A DNA stretch of 64,000 nt, from NCBI RefSeq assembly GCF_964204645.1, contig NC_134030.1, positions 15,810,110 to 15,874,109 on the forward strand, given 5' to 3'. A program made the translations under genes and the position numbers. Source of the stretch: Tubulanus polymorphus (Eukaryota > Animalia > Nemertea). Each line of letters starts with the position of its first letter. The stretch's first letter is position 1. Below, one piece after another: positions 37,959 through 51,250 of this stretch. Below the pieces are notes generated by a model, which was given only the letters and a program-made list of their open reading frames with translations, made no database searches and was not told the DNA's origin.

Positions 37959-38377
37959 GGACATTAGTTATTCTATATGGTCAACAGGGGACGTTGAATA
38001 GTAGAATAACTTAACTTTCCTTATTATATTGGTACCTAGGCAGATTTTGTTACCATGCTCAATTGCAAAGTTGTAGTTCATGACATGTTTTATGATTGTG
38101 GTAAGTTTCGAGGTCATTGGGTTTTGAATATGGTCACCAGGGGGCGTTAAATAGTAGAATAACTTAGTATTTCCATATTAAATTGGTAACGAGGCATATT
38201 TTGTTATCACAATCAATTACAAAATCGTAGCTGCTGACATGTTCTATGATTGTGGTGAGTTTCAAGGTCATTGGTTTTTGTATATGGTCACCAGGGGGCA
38301 TTGAATATTGAAATTGTTAGATTGTTGAGCATTTGGAACCACTTCCCAAGTGGGCATGATGTCCCTGGACCCCTAGT
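37959..38377 (+). mobile_element. 3' half of the HINE-like element
   Basis: Internal repeats plus terminal TTCCCAAGTGGGCATG.TGTCCCTGGACCCCTAG. Confidence 0.88.
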
Positions 38378-38732
38378 ATCAATACAATAATACTAATTGA
38401 GACTGTTATAATGTTGAAGATGAAGAATGGTATCCTCAGTGTGAGGACTGTGATGATCCGCCAACATTGTTAATTGACATTTCTTTTGTTTAGTAGAAGA
38501 ATTACAAAACGCATTAGGCCTATTTAAAAAGTCTAGACTTTATTCCTGTGGTTTCACCAGTTAGACAAAATTATGAAAAATGAAAATTGACCTCATCAAT
38601 TTAAAAAAAAACTCGGACGCAAATCTAATACTTTCATTCTCGTGGCCTTTACAGGGATACTGGGGTTGGTCTCACTTTCAACTGTGACAAGTCCTTGTGG
38701 CTGGATTGGCTTTTTTTACCACCCACAGACAC

Positions 38733-40006
38733 TTTTAAGCCCACTTGGGACTTTAGTCCCAGCGGGCTATTGCGTTCACTTTTCGTCCGTCGTCCGTCCG
38801 TCCGTCCGTCTGTAGACGGAATCCAGTTATTTTGGGAAGTTTTTAAGACGCTTCAAGGTAATGTCTTGATATTTGGTTTATACATGTATCTACCCTAGAC
38901 ACATCTTCAGGCCAAAAATGGCCCTGTCAGAATCAAGATGGCCGACTGGCAGCCATTGTTGTTCGCCAAAATCAGCACTTTTTACACATTTTCGAAGTTT
39001 ACGAGGGAAATTTTGAAGACGCTTTGATCAATTACCTTGATCTTTCGATTATATTTGAATCTACCAAGGGCCCATCAGCATAAGAAAAATTGGGTCCATA
39101 TGACTCAAGATGGCCGTCCTATGACCTTTTTAGTGCCCAAAAATGTCAATTTTGGCCAGAATTCTAGGTCATGCAGCTTCCTTCTGGTTTGCCATTTCTC
39201 ATTGCACTTTGTGATGGGTATTCTTTGTAAAGGGATGTTTTATACCTGAGACAGGTATTTTTGATCCGCCAATTATGACGCAATTGGCGGCCATCTTGAT
39301 GTCATTAGTACTCATTCGTAGGTGGGAAAAAGTTTTTCGACATTATATTGATACCTAAGCATATTTTGGTACAACAATGAATTAGAAAGTTGTAGCGTAT
39401 AACGTGTTCTATGATTGGGGAGAGTTTCAAGTTCATTGTTTTTTGTATATGGCCACCAGGGGGCGTTGAATAATACAATATCTTAGTATTTCTATATTAT
39501 ATTCGTATCAATACATATTTTGTTACCGCAATCAATTGCATAGTTGTGGCTCATGACATCATCTATGATTGTGGTGAGTTTTAAGGAAATTAGTTATTCT
39601 ATATGGTCACCAGGGGGCGTTGAATAGTAGAATAACCTGGTATTTCCTTATTATATTGGTACCTAGGCATATTTTGTTACCATGATCAATTGCAAAGTTG
39701 TAGTTCATGACATGTTCTATGAATATGGTGTATATACAAGGTTATTGGGTTTTGAATATCGTCACCAGGGGGCGTTGAATAGTAGAATAACTTAGTATTT
39801 CCATATTAAATTGGTAACGAGGCATATTTTGTTATCACAATCAATTACAAAATCGTAGCTGCTGACATGTTTTATGATTGTATTGAGTTTCAAGGTCATT
39901 GGTTTTTGTATATGGTCACCAGAGGGCATTGAATATTGAAATTGTTAGATTGTTGAGCATTTGAAACCACTTCCCAAGTGGGCATGGTGTCCCTGGACCC
40001 CTAGTT
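38733..40006 (+). mobile_element. Full-length HINE-like element
   Basis: GCCCACTTGGGACTTTAGTCCCAGCGGGC start, (GTCC)n, four internal repeats, CCCCTAGTT end. Confidence 0.92.
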
Positions 40007-40472
40007 TTGAATATCACCACACACACACGGCGGGACGATGGTGGAATGAATAAAACCAGTATCAATTATCAATAATTGATGGCCAACTCCAGTATCCCTG
40101 TACGATAAAAAACAAGGGTGGCAAACTACTGTCTGTCACACCACAGGGGTGTAAACTGGCTTGGATTTTATTTACGGGTTGTGTAAAAGTGCAGATCCGC
40201 ACCTCTCGTGAATGATGTAATAGGCCCTATAGGCCTACTGAATTACAAATCACTGTTTTAGCTTCAGAACGTCTTACGGAATCCAATGCAGTGATTTATA
40301 TAATATCTTCACTAGAAAGTAGATTTTTGGCCCAGTTTTTATCTCAGAATCGGAGGATCTTTCAATAAGATGCCATATTAGATTGGGAAATCTAAAGTGA
40401 AGATTTATCTTCAGTTGGCCTATTTGCTGAAACGATGTAAGGGTAATCAGTGCATGAAACTAAACCAATTTT

Positions 40473-41045
40473 AAGGCCAGCCATAGGCTGAGCCTATTAC
40501 AATACAAATGGAGCGAAATTAAATGACATGGTTTCCAGAGTAAAAGTTTTTTGACTGTGCAACTGAGCATATATTCATACAAATCATTCATTAGAGCATT
40601 ATCCATTCTCCAACCCCTATGAAGCTGAAATTTGAAAGAGGGCCTCGTTAAAATTTATATCAGCTTTTTCGCAAAAATCTGATCGCAAAAATATCTGTTT
40701 TAAAAAGCCAATCAGAAAGCAAAGACTCCTCTATGATTGGCTTAGCTGCAGCGATCAGCAGGAGTTCACGTGAACCCGCAGTATCATCTACTGTTTTACT
40801 TTCAGGTTTTATTTTAAGATCTAAAATTTTATTTCATTATCGATTTCTGTGAAATCTTTAGTTGATTTGGTTTTTGGGAGGAATAAATTTATTTGCACTA
40901 GGCCCTATAGAAAATATCATTGACAATTGTGCAAAGTTCGGGAAAAATAGCTTTTTCTCAAATCGGATGGATGACCTTGATATGCTTATGAGCCATATGT
41001 TCAAACTGCAAATTCAACTAAATTTTATTCTGTTAAAAAAATTAA
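40473..41045 (+). repeat. ~570-bp dispersed repeat (second copy 61847-62410); starts TWA-GGCC like the Harbinger MITEs
   Basis: Direct collinear match (TAGGCTGAGCCTATTAC...AGCCAATCAGAAAGCAAAGACTCCTCTATGATTGGCT...); right TIR not found. Confidence 0.8.
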
Positions 41046-41802
41046 TTGAATCAACCCTTTGTACCTGCCAGGTTGAAGAATCAACAAAGCATTGAAACCT
41101 AGCGATAAGCCAATCAATCAGCGATTGACGATCGTATTACAAAATATAGACTTGTGAACATCGTAGTTTTTTTTTAACGTTTAAAAAGCCAGTTAATTTT
41201 GAGCTTTAGTAAAAAATATTAAAATATAGCAGTAATGATTATGCTACTTGGAAGCAATAAAATCTGTATTGAAATTTTTCTGAATCGTAGCCTATAGAAT
41301 GCAATCAGTGCTGCGGACATTCATTGTCGGCAATTAACAGGGTGGTGGAGCAGTACAATGTTCTACACAACATATTGAATTCATAGTGATGAACTGTGAA
41401 AGATTTTTCTGTAACGCGTGGGCAACAAATGAATATTGAATTGATTTGTGCAATCGCAGTTAAGACCCCTCCTCGGGTCAGATCGTGCCATCTATCTATA
41501 ATGGCAAGAACATGTCTCGATTCATCAAGATGGCGTATAGTCCAGTTCCGGGAAATTTACAATGTTAATGGCTTGACTATTCTTTTATAATGTTCATTCA
41601 TCAAAATACAAATGGAGTATTTGTAGATCTTAGGGATAGGATAATGTGATGATTATATTGGAATCATATTTTCCATAAGATACATTTCATGTATTTTTCA
41701 TGGCCAGGTTTGAAAGTCAATGCAGCAACCTTGGAAGCAACAGATCTTCATTGGGTTGCATTGTTATCGGTATAATAATTGAATAGTATAATAATATAAT
41801 AT

Positions 41803-41983
41803 AAGTGCTGCCATCTATTGAAGGTGTCATGATATGAGCTGTGGACTACCCGGAATCATATCATAAAAAGAACTTGCGTCTCTTTCATTAAAAAGTGCTG
41901 CCATCTATTGACGGCGTCATGATACGAGCTGTGGACTGCCCGGAATCATATCATGGAAAGAAATTGTGTCTCTTTCACTAAAA
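41803..41983. repeat. 90-bp tandem duplication
   Basis: AAGTGCTGCCATCTATTGA at 41803 and 41893, with collinear continuation. Confidence 0.85.
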
Positions 41984-44186
41984 CCTATTTTATGATTTTT
42001 AACACAGCAATTTTATGTTGATGATTTGTAAAAATGTCCTTGCTATGTCTTTCATGTCTGACTTTCAATATAAGGTCATTGTCTTCAAAAACAGGTGGTA
42101 ACCTCCCCAATATTTAACTGCTAGTACACAGAATGTGGAAAAGGAATTAGAATAGCGTTTTCTGTTGAAGGTTGAAAACTGTCGAAAATGGTACACTAAA
42201 ACAAATTGGCATAAGGTCAGTGGACCTGCCAAGCGCTGTCATAATTGTACATCGGGCAAATGTATGCATTAATCATTCAATGTTGTGACCACAACAGTAG
42301 CCTAGTACAATCTACCAAGTTACTTGGTGATGTTAGTCGGTGGCACTTAAGTTTCAATTATTTTTGTTTGTTTCAAGTGTCTAAGTCTTTGAAATTTTCT
42401 GAATTTCTCCAAAGGAGATGGATTGTCTTGAAAAGAGTCTTGAATATGCATCAAAATCATGGCTTTTGGAGGCTTTCATTTCTGTAGTTGCCTCTGTATG
42501 GACTTGGCTTTGCTATTTATCAGACTGTTTAAACTATGAAGGATCTGGATAGACCTAGATACAAGCGGAATATTTCACATTTGAAAATTTCCGTAGAAAT
42601 TTCATTCAAATTTTATGAAAATTAGAAACGTAACAGCTCACTGAATTCATCCGGCTATTTTCATAGCTTGCATTGCATTGTTTTTTTGTCATCAAAAATG
42701 TCTTAATTAGCGTTGATTTTGATTAGTGCAAGTACGTAATTAATGAGTGAATGTTTAACAAGGATCGCGCCTATTAAATGCGCTTCAGATTCACGTGCTC
42801 GTTGTCGTTGCCATGGTGATATATCTGCTAGTCGCCTGAACAATCGATAGGCCTTATCAGTTCAGTGGTCAGACAGTGAGCTTTAGACACCTCGTACTGA
42901 CCACACCATATAGTCATTATGAACATCAACTGTTTCACAGTTTGAGATAAAATTCAATGATGGCAAATGGACATAGTCTTAAGGTCATACCTCCAGACCC
43001 AGTTCCACTGTTATTACTTGTATACATTCGACTTTTCATTTTCCGAGAAAAATCCTGAATTACAACTCGGGACCTGCCTCATTACTTATCATTAAGTTAA
43101 TAGTTAGGCCCGTTCATAGAGTCAAATGTGATAAGAATTTATTCCAACAATGAAAAACGGTTGTACATCTGGCCTAATTAATTTTCTTTTTTCATTATTT
43201 TGATCCATTGATAAGGTTTATATTATCGCTCCGATAATTGAATTCTAAAAATCGAGAATTGCCTATGAGTCTCCATGGGTTGACTTAAAACTGTAATTCA
43301 GATCATCAGTTCAAGACCCACAGAAAACTAGTGTGCCTGGTGGACATTTGTATGTCAAAAATGGAGTCCTTGATTGTCACTAGTAGCATTAGGAGTCCTC
43401 ATTGGTTTAGTTATTGAGGTGTTATAATTGGTTGTCAAGGATAACATCATTGTAATTACTGAATTTATAATTTAAGAGGCAGTGTGACAACTGTTGCAGT
43501 CTAGATAAAATGAATTTTAGATTTTTGAAATAAGATCAAATAGATAATCATATAGAAAAAATTGTACCCGTAAGAATAATTGTTTCAGTCAATTAGTCTC
43601 GATAGATTAGGCATGATTACAATTTAGCGATTCCTTTTTGAAGTATGTTTCAAGGAAACGTAAATTCAGAGATTTTTTAAAAATGTTTTGAGTGCTATTG
43701 TTGCAATCATTTTTCAAGTAGGCCTACATGTTGCAAATTAGTTATGCTTCATTTTGGGAGGCAATCATAGAATCTTGTTGCTAATAGCCATTAGGTACCT
43801 ATAGAAAAACATTGTTGTAATCAATATTTCTAAATTTTCACATCAAAATTATCGTATCAAATTGTCAGAAAACAGCAAGAAGTATCAGAAAACTGTTTGC
43901 AAAAAGTATGCAGTAAATATCTATAGAGGCATTGTTACGGTTATTCACGAGGTGAAACATTTTTGCAATTAGGATCACAAAGCTGAATAGCATTGTTGCA
44001 AGTTGGAAATCATTGTTTAATTTAATTGCCAAGGAAGACACTTTATGCTGATAATTGTATCTGTGGCACGTGGCACGTTAGTTATAAAGTTGTCGTGTAT
44101 GCAACGGTGCAGCCAGTGCCATTCCTCATTCCCAGTTGCATGCGTTTGCCCGTTACAAATTAAAGCACGGCTCATGAACGTTACGC

Positions 44187-44200
44187 GTTGCTATGGAAAC
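44187..44200. promoter_or_regulatory. RFX X-box-like palindrome in a CpG-richer island (second X-box-like site at 42807-42820)
   Basis: GTTGCTATGGAAAC, with nearby CACGTG, GATATAAA (~44264) and a GTATGT donor-like site at ~44330; motif match only. Confidence 0.4.
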
Positions 44201-45068
44201 CACACGCCTGTGTCTGCCGGGTTACGTGTTGTGGTTAAAGTGTTGACTGTTGAGAGCGTGTGCGATATAAACAGTTTACTCCCGGTCGGTCGCCGCTGCT
44301 TGCTTGCTCGCTCTCTTCTCCTTTCATTGGTATGTACTGTCATTGAATTTGAAGATAATTGAGTATTATAATTTATGTTGATCATTATCATAACATGTTA
44401 TCAGAAAAAGAAGTTAACTGGATGCTTTGATTGATCGATTGATCTTTTGAGTTAATGTCAATTAGGTAATGCTGTTAGGTAATTAGGCAAAGTTATCTGC
44501 CTCAAAATAAGCTTATTGATGAATATCCAATTAGATTTTCCAAGTCGATTATTAATGGTTCAATATGTTGTAATTTGAAAATGCCTTAAATGGTTCCTAT
44601 AGGAAGTTGTTAATATTAGTTTATGTGATCCATTTATTCATTGCCTGGGTTTCTTTGCAAAAACTATATTTGCTGTAGTGAGACCTTAGTGGCAGTGGGG
44701 GTCATTTCACAGAAAACTTAAGAGTCTAAATCATTACCATTTGGTCTTTAGCACTTAGTGTTAAGGAAGAAACGAGAAAACTGACTCAAAAGTTTAAATT
44801 GACATCTTGTAAAAAAGGCATATATTACTTAATGTTGGGGACAATGAATGATGAAGTATTGATTATATAATTAATGATCGAAGTTTATTTTGATTTGAAT
44901 ATATCGATATAATTGAATTCAATTGACGGGCAACCGGTTCAGTCCCAATATATTGATGATGTAGTGCACATCCTCTCAACAAAATAATAACTGAAGTTTA
45001 TCAAATCTGAAATAAGAGTTATAAATTATATCTGATTACAAAATGAATGCCAAAATTCACACTTTAAA

Positions 45069-46339
45069 TTTTTAGCCCACTTGGGACTTTAGTCCCAGTG
45101 GGCTATTGCGTTCACTTTTCGTCCGTCATCCGTCCGTCCGTCCGTAGACGGAATCCAGTTATTTTGGGAAGTTTTGAAGACGCTTCAATGTAATGTCTTG
45201 ATATTTGGGTTGCACATGTATCTACCCTAGACACATCTTCATCCAAAAAACTGGCCCTGTCAGAATCAAGATGGCCGACTGGCAGCCATTGTTGTTCGCC
45301 AAAATCAACACTTTTTACACATTTTTGAATTTTTTAGGGAAATTTTGAAGACGCTTTAATCAATTACCTTAATCTTTCGGATGTATGTGAATCCCCCCAG
45401 GGCCCATCAGCATAACAAAAATTGGGTCGATCAGACTGAAGATGACCGTCCTATGACCTTTTTTAGTGCCTAAAAATGTCAATTTTGGCCCGAATTCTGA
45501 GTCTTGTAGCTCCCTACTGGTTTGCCATTTCTCATTGCAATTTGTGATGGGTATTCTTTGAAAAGGGATGTTTTATACCTGAGACAGGTATTTTTCATCA
45601 GCCAATTATGACGCAATTGGCGGCCATCTTGGTGTCATCTGTACTCATTCGTAGGTGGGAAAAAGTTTTTCCACATTATATTGATAACTAAGCGTATTTT
45701 GTTACCACAATCAATTAGAAAGTTGTAGCTCATAACGTGTTCTATGATTGTGGTGAGTTTCAAGGTCATTGGTTTTTGTATATGACCACCAGGGGGCGTT
45801 GAATAATACAATATCTTAGTATTTCTATATTATATTCGTATCAATGCATATTTTGTAACCACAATCAATTGCAAAGTTGTAGTTCATGACATCATCTATG
45901 ATTGTGGCAAGTTCTAAGGCCATTAGTTATTCTATATGGTCACCAGGGGGCGTTGAATAGTATAATAACTTAGTATTTCCTTATTATATTGGTACCTAGG
46001 CATATTTTGTTACCATGATCAATTACAAAGTTATAGTTCGTGACACGTTCTATGATTGTGGTGAGTTTCAAGGTCATTGGGTTTTGAATATGGTCACCAA
46101 GGGGCGTTGAATAGTAGAATAACTTAGTATTTCTATATTAAATTGGTAACGAGGCATATTTTGTTATCACAATCTATTTCAAAATCGTAGCTGCTGACAT
46201 GTTTTATGATTGTGGTGAGTTTCAAGGTCATTGGGTTTTTGTATATGGTCACCAGGGGGCGTTGAATATTGAAATTGTTAGATTGTTGAGCATTTGGAAC
46301 CACTTCCCAAGTGGGCATGGTGTCCCTGGACCCCTAGTT
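45069..46339 (+). mobile_element. Full-length HINE-like element
   Basis: Same termini and modules; inserted in a T run without TSD. Confidence 0.93.
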
Positions 46340-46987
46340 ATTTTCAAATGCCAATATTGATGACATAGTGCACATCAACCCACACAGAACCCCTTAAATA
46401 ACGCCTACTAGATATAAATGTATATAAGTATTATTGTAATGGTTTTTATGGCGTCAAAAAATTCTGTATTCATCCAATTTGAATACTTTTTGAATGATGA
46501 CAGGATTTTTTACTGAGTCATGATATAACCTCATGTTTTTGGCCCTTTTTATTGATGCCAGGGTGTCTATCCCGTGATCCATGCAGGTTTCTGGGTTGAC
46601 GTTTCTTCTGTATTTGTGCAGAAAATGCTTTGATGGGTTGTTACACATATGTGTATCATTTATCTAACTTTCCCTAATAGTAAATTCATAAATAGTGGAA
46701 GAATAATACAATCTTTGTTGTTCATTTCTTCACATACCTTGCTCGTTTTCATATTCACCCTGTTTCAAAACAGGGTGTAAAAATTGAGAAGTGATAGTAT
46801 CAAACCTGCATACAAAACTCTCACATACAAAGAAGGGGTGCTAAACAGTAGACAAGTAGAACAAGCCATCTTGGTAAATGGTTATACAGCTTGATGTCAT
46901 ATATGCAAATGAGGAGGCGGAGAGGCGGCCTGATAGATATTTATTCAGAATTTTCAGTAGGCCTATAAATGTTGGACTTAATTGGAA

Positions 46988-47101
46988 TGTGCATTGAGAA
47001 CTCATAAAACCCATCAGGGATTGGAACCTGATGGCATGGTTACACTCAGCCACTGCACAAACCTGATGAGGGAGGATGGGTTTATGAGTTCTCAATGCAC
47101 A
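46988..47101. repeat. 27-bp inverted repeat with 59-nt loop
   Basis: TGTGCATTGAGAACTCATAAAACCCATC (46988-47015) vs GATGGGTTTATGAGTTCTCAATGCACA (47075-47101); one-base bulge. Confidence 0.8.
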
Positions 47102-47261
47102 CCAAACTGAGGTTGCAGATACACGCTCAAGTTTACCGCATGAAAACTTGCGGCACCAATCAGATTGTTCACTGTATAATTGCTGAAGCAAATGGAAGAA
47201 CTGTAAATGGGAAAACCCTGGTTAAATTCTAAGAGGATTGCTGATCGGCTAAAAATTATGT

Positions 47262-47340
47262 CACTCGCACTTGGTCTAGTGATGCAAGGTTTCATACTAT
47301 GGAGAGTCTAGATGTCATCAGGTTCAAATCCCTGCCGGGG
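47262..47340 (+). mobile_element. Possible degenerate tRNA-derived SINE head
   Basis: A-box-like TGGTCTAGTG at 47272 and B-box-like GGTTCAAATCC at 47321; no cloverleaf. Confidence 0.3.
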
Positions 47341-48334
47341 ATGATGACATGACCCAGTGATTACATTGTAAAATCGTGGGATTCTGAAACCATTGTTTTT
47401 ATGTTTTTTCAATACTTGATTATTATTCTGCACTAAAAGTCTGGTATTGCTTTTTAAAGTTTTTCTCAAGCCTAATCAAGTGAAAAGAAATGATGAATTC
47501 TGATGAATTTACAGTTGAACAAGCTTAGCTAGGATAACTAGGCATTTTTTAGGCCTAAGGTTTGTTATGAGCTGTCCTTAAGTCAATGAATATGACAATA
47601 TCAAATGAATTTTGTTACTAATTTTTTATTTTTGAATTTTTCTCTTCATCCCTCCAAGAAAGCTTTGAATATTTCATTTTAAGCTCTGAATTTGATTTCA
47701 TTAGGTGGATATCCTTTGGATTGCCCTTAAGAATGTCCAAGATTTGGAGGTACCGTGGTAGAAAAATCGGCTAGGCTTTACCCATTAACACGAACAGAAT
47801 CGCTATGTATTGACCATTACTCCGGAGAGAATTCTAGGGAAAATCCACATGTATCACAAATACAAAATAGTTCATTCGGAGTCAGTTTCCGTGTATTTTG
47901 AAGTAAACCCTGGTTTTTCATATGGCTTAAGATTTAATCAGGTGTGCCGCCAAAATCGCAACCTTTTGTCCCCAAAAATTCATCCTGTCCTAGTTTTGAA
48001 GGGTACTTCCAAAATTGGGATTGTCCCTGTTATTTATTTGGTTGATAAATTTTGTTTGATTTTTTGATTGAGTTGTGTGATCGGCGGTCGAGTTTACAAA
48101 AGTTTTTTGTTTAAATCGAAGTACATAAATTTGAAATTCGGTTCCGCTTCATTCAAACAATCTTCCATTCAGTCTGAACCGGCAAGCGACTGATTGGGGT
48201 GAATTTTCCTTGGCTGCCTAATTTAATACATCAAAATTTTGAAAACAGCTCTATTACCAGGTTGAAGATCATTTTGTCCACTTTTGATTTTTTTTGTCGT
48301 TTTTTACGTGAAAATAGTCCAATAGTTTATTGTA

Positions 48335-48470
48335 GTTTTTATGGGTAGATGTTGATGTAGAAGTCCTTTAAGTTGATTGTCCCGCGTGTTGACTAGATAG
48401 AAAGGAAGCACATTTCGAAACACAAACTTTCCAGATGAGAGTACGGTCCTGGGGTATCCGAAGTGTAGTC
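48335..48470 (-). repeat. Shorter copy of the retroposed sequence at 23950-24286
   Basis: GGGTAGATGTTGATGTAGAAGTCC...TATCCGAAGTGTAGT is nearly identical and shares the same left (3') end. Confidence 0.85.
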
Positions 48471-50769
48471 TTATGGTGTGAAGTTACCTGGATTGGCCAT
48501 TGAAGGCTGCAGATTTCTACCTGCATGAAATTGTTTAAGAAATTGACATGTGATTAGGCGAAATTTAAGTTACAAACTTCCTTAGCCCAATGTTTGATTA
48601 AAACCTATCTGCTATGGTTTTTTCTCCACCCGTCAAACTAATCATCTTTTTATTTTGAAATTTCATCTATACTGTAAAGCAGAATGGACGGTATTTACCG
48701 TGACACATTATAGGGAAATTAATGCATGTATTGAAAGGTCCTTTTACTGATGCTTAATACCAGGTTTTCCCGTCGTCAAGTTACATGTTTCAAACAGATT
48801 GGTCGTCCGAGGCAGTCACAATATTCATTCTAAGCCCGGGCTAAAATTCGGTTAAAAAAGACGTGTTCGCCATCTAATAGTAAAGTACCGTACTATATGC
48901 TTCTGTAGTAGTACTATAGTAATTTACTGACCTGCAGCATCAGAACAGTACATGACACAGTTCTCTCAACACTGATTTGTGCCTCAGTTGTTTTAAACAT
49001 TGGTTAAGACATTCATCACACGTAATCTTTGGAGCAAAATTAGGCCTAATATGATTGGACTTAGCGATATGTTCTGACTGTGTTGCCGGCCCATACGCAG
49101 CGTCTCAGAATGGTTCTTGAAGGGGGACAGGCCCATTGCGCAGTTTTTTAGAATGGTTCCATACCACAGGTAGGTTACTAGAAAGGGAGGCCCAAGCAGC
49201 CTCTCCGAATGGCTCTGGAGGCTGCCGATGCGTGCGTTCGTGGTAAATTTTATAAGAGAGCTTTCAAATAGTACATATGGTTTTTGGGGAAGGGTAAACA
49301 AATATAATGTTAAACTTTGTACGGGGAAGGGGTCAAAGCAAAATGTACGTACTATTCTGACTGGAGCTCTCTTAGGAAAAAGTATGTATATATGAGAGAT
49401 ATCAAAAGAAATAATGTCAAACAGTAATACAAAATACAGAATCCTAATATCATCGTCGAGCGACTATCTCGGCAATTTTCAATTAATTTAAGCATAATAT
49501 CATGCAATTCGTTGGTTGATTGGAGGGGCTTTTTAAATGAACGTAAGGGTGGTGTGGTCGATATAGAAAGTACAAAGATCGAACAAGGAGGGGCCTAAAA
49601 ACGACTGGGGCAGAATTTAGTGTTAGTTATTTGAATGATAGGTTTTGTACCACAGACAGGTCACACAGGGTAGGGGGTGTGGGGTTGGTCCCAAGAACTC
49701 TAAACATGTGAAGCATTTAGATTCGTTTCCCGGCCAATTAATGAATGATTTTCGTTAGCAAAAAATATCAGGATTCTGCATTTATTTGGTGCTGTCAAAA
49801 GTGATTTCTTTTATTGGATGTCATAGGTATTCCTGCTTAAACCTGGTCCAAAGATATCTTAAAACCAGGGGATACAAAAACTTAAGTTTTGTATTCTACT
49901 CATGGATGATTCACTGCAGTCTATGTTGGTATGCATCACTGATTTACTTGAGTGTCACATTTCATGCATTGCAGCTGTAAGTCCAGGTTGGTTTTATCGT
50001 GTGCAGATTGGCAGATTTAATTGGCAATTTTAATTGTCTAGATTTAATTATGCATTAACCTTTAAAAACACTATGAAGCTGTTAGATTCTCGCTTTGGCC
50101 CAGGATAAGTAGGGCGCATGGAACTAGGTACACAAAAGGTCCAGAAGCTCAGTATCACCATATGGTGTATGGAGTCTTATTAATTTGTTTAAAGTCCTGA
50201 AATGATATGTACAGTGCGATTTACAGAGATCCAAACACAAATTGCACGCTTTTATGTGAAATTGCACAGCAAGTTTTGTTATGTCACTTAAGCCGTGATC
50301 ACACTAGCGTTTTTGGACTGAGCCAAATTTTGCCCAGAACACATGTTCACATGGGTACATTTGTGCCAAATGGGTCTGTGCCTGTTTGGTCCGTTTGTGC
50401 CAGATTTTAGCACAGTGAAATTATTGCATGTGAATTGCAATTGATTGCCGAAATGTCTCACTTCACTGTTTGAGCAATCGAGCAGGCTGTTTGGCATGGG
50501 CCACATTTGACTCGGTGTCAGATCTGGACCAAGTCGCCTCCCTGTAGTAGCATAGCAGGGTCGTTGGTAGGAAAATTTCAGTGTGGCGGCTATTGATTTT
50601 ATTGATGAACCGATAAAGTACCTGAGTTTTTTGATTTTTCCAAGCTCTCAGATAGATTCTGAGTGAATCTGGCTATCAAAATGGTGATATTCAATACGAG
50701 AGGAAATAACATGAAAAAACATATTTTTAGTTCAGCAAAAAAGTGGGGCGGCCCTGAATAGTTAATGGT

Positions 50770-51250
50770 TTATGGAGGCCCAGTATGACTTTCGTCTCAC
50801 AGAGACTGGTTAAATAAGGGGTTGGAGGCTCAGTGACGGGTGTATGGAAGGCCAGTTGTAAAAGTAGGTGTACACACTAACTATAATAGTTAGGTATAGA
50901 GAGACCCAATATGATAGTATGGTGTATAAGTGGAATGTGACAGAGCACAGTACAGCTACCCAAAATGACAGTTTGGAATACGGTTGCCTGGTATGACAGT
51001 TTGGTGTGAAGACCCATTATTACAGTATTGTGTACAGATGCCCAGTATGGCAGTTTGGCCTACAGAGGGGCATTATGACATTTCGGTATATAGAAGCCCA
51101 GTGTGATGGTTTGATGCACATGCTCAATGCCGCAGTTTCAGTGTTCGGTGGCCCAGCACCACAGTAGCTGTGTAGTTGCTTATGATAATAGTTTAGTCTA
51201 CAGGCTCAATGTGATATTTCAGTGTATATGGAGGCTTGGTAGAAAAAGAT
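50770..51250. repeat. Degenerate ~28-bp minisatellite
   Basis: Variants of CCCAGTATGACAGTTTGGTGTACAGA recur at ~28-bp spacing (about 50959, 50988, 51014, 51042, 51070, 51098). Confidence 0.65.

Noticed and set aside
47063-47146. CTGATGAG as a second hammerhead core
   Set aside because: No stem II followed by GAAA at a suitable distance.
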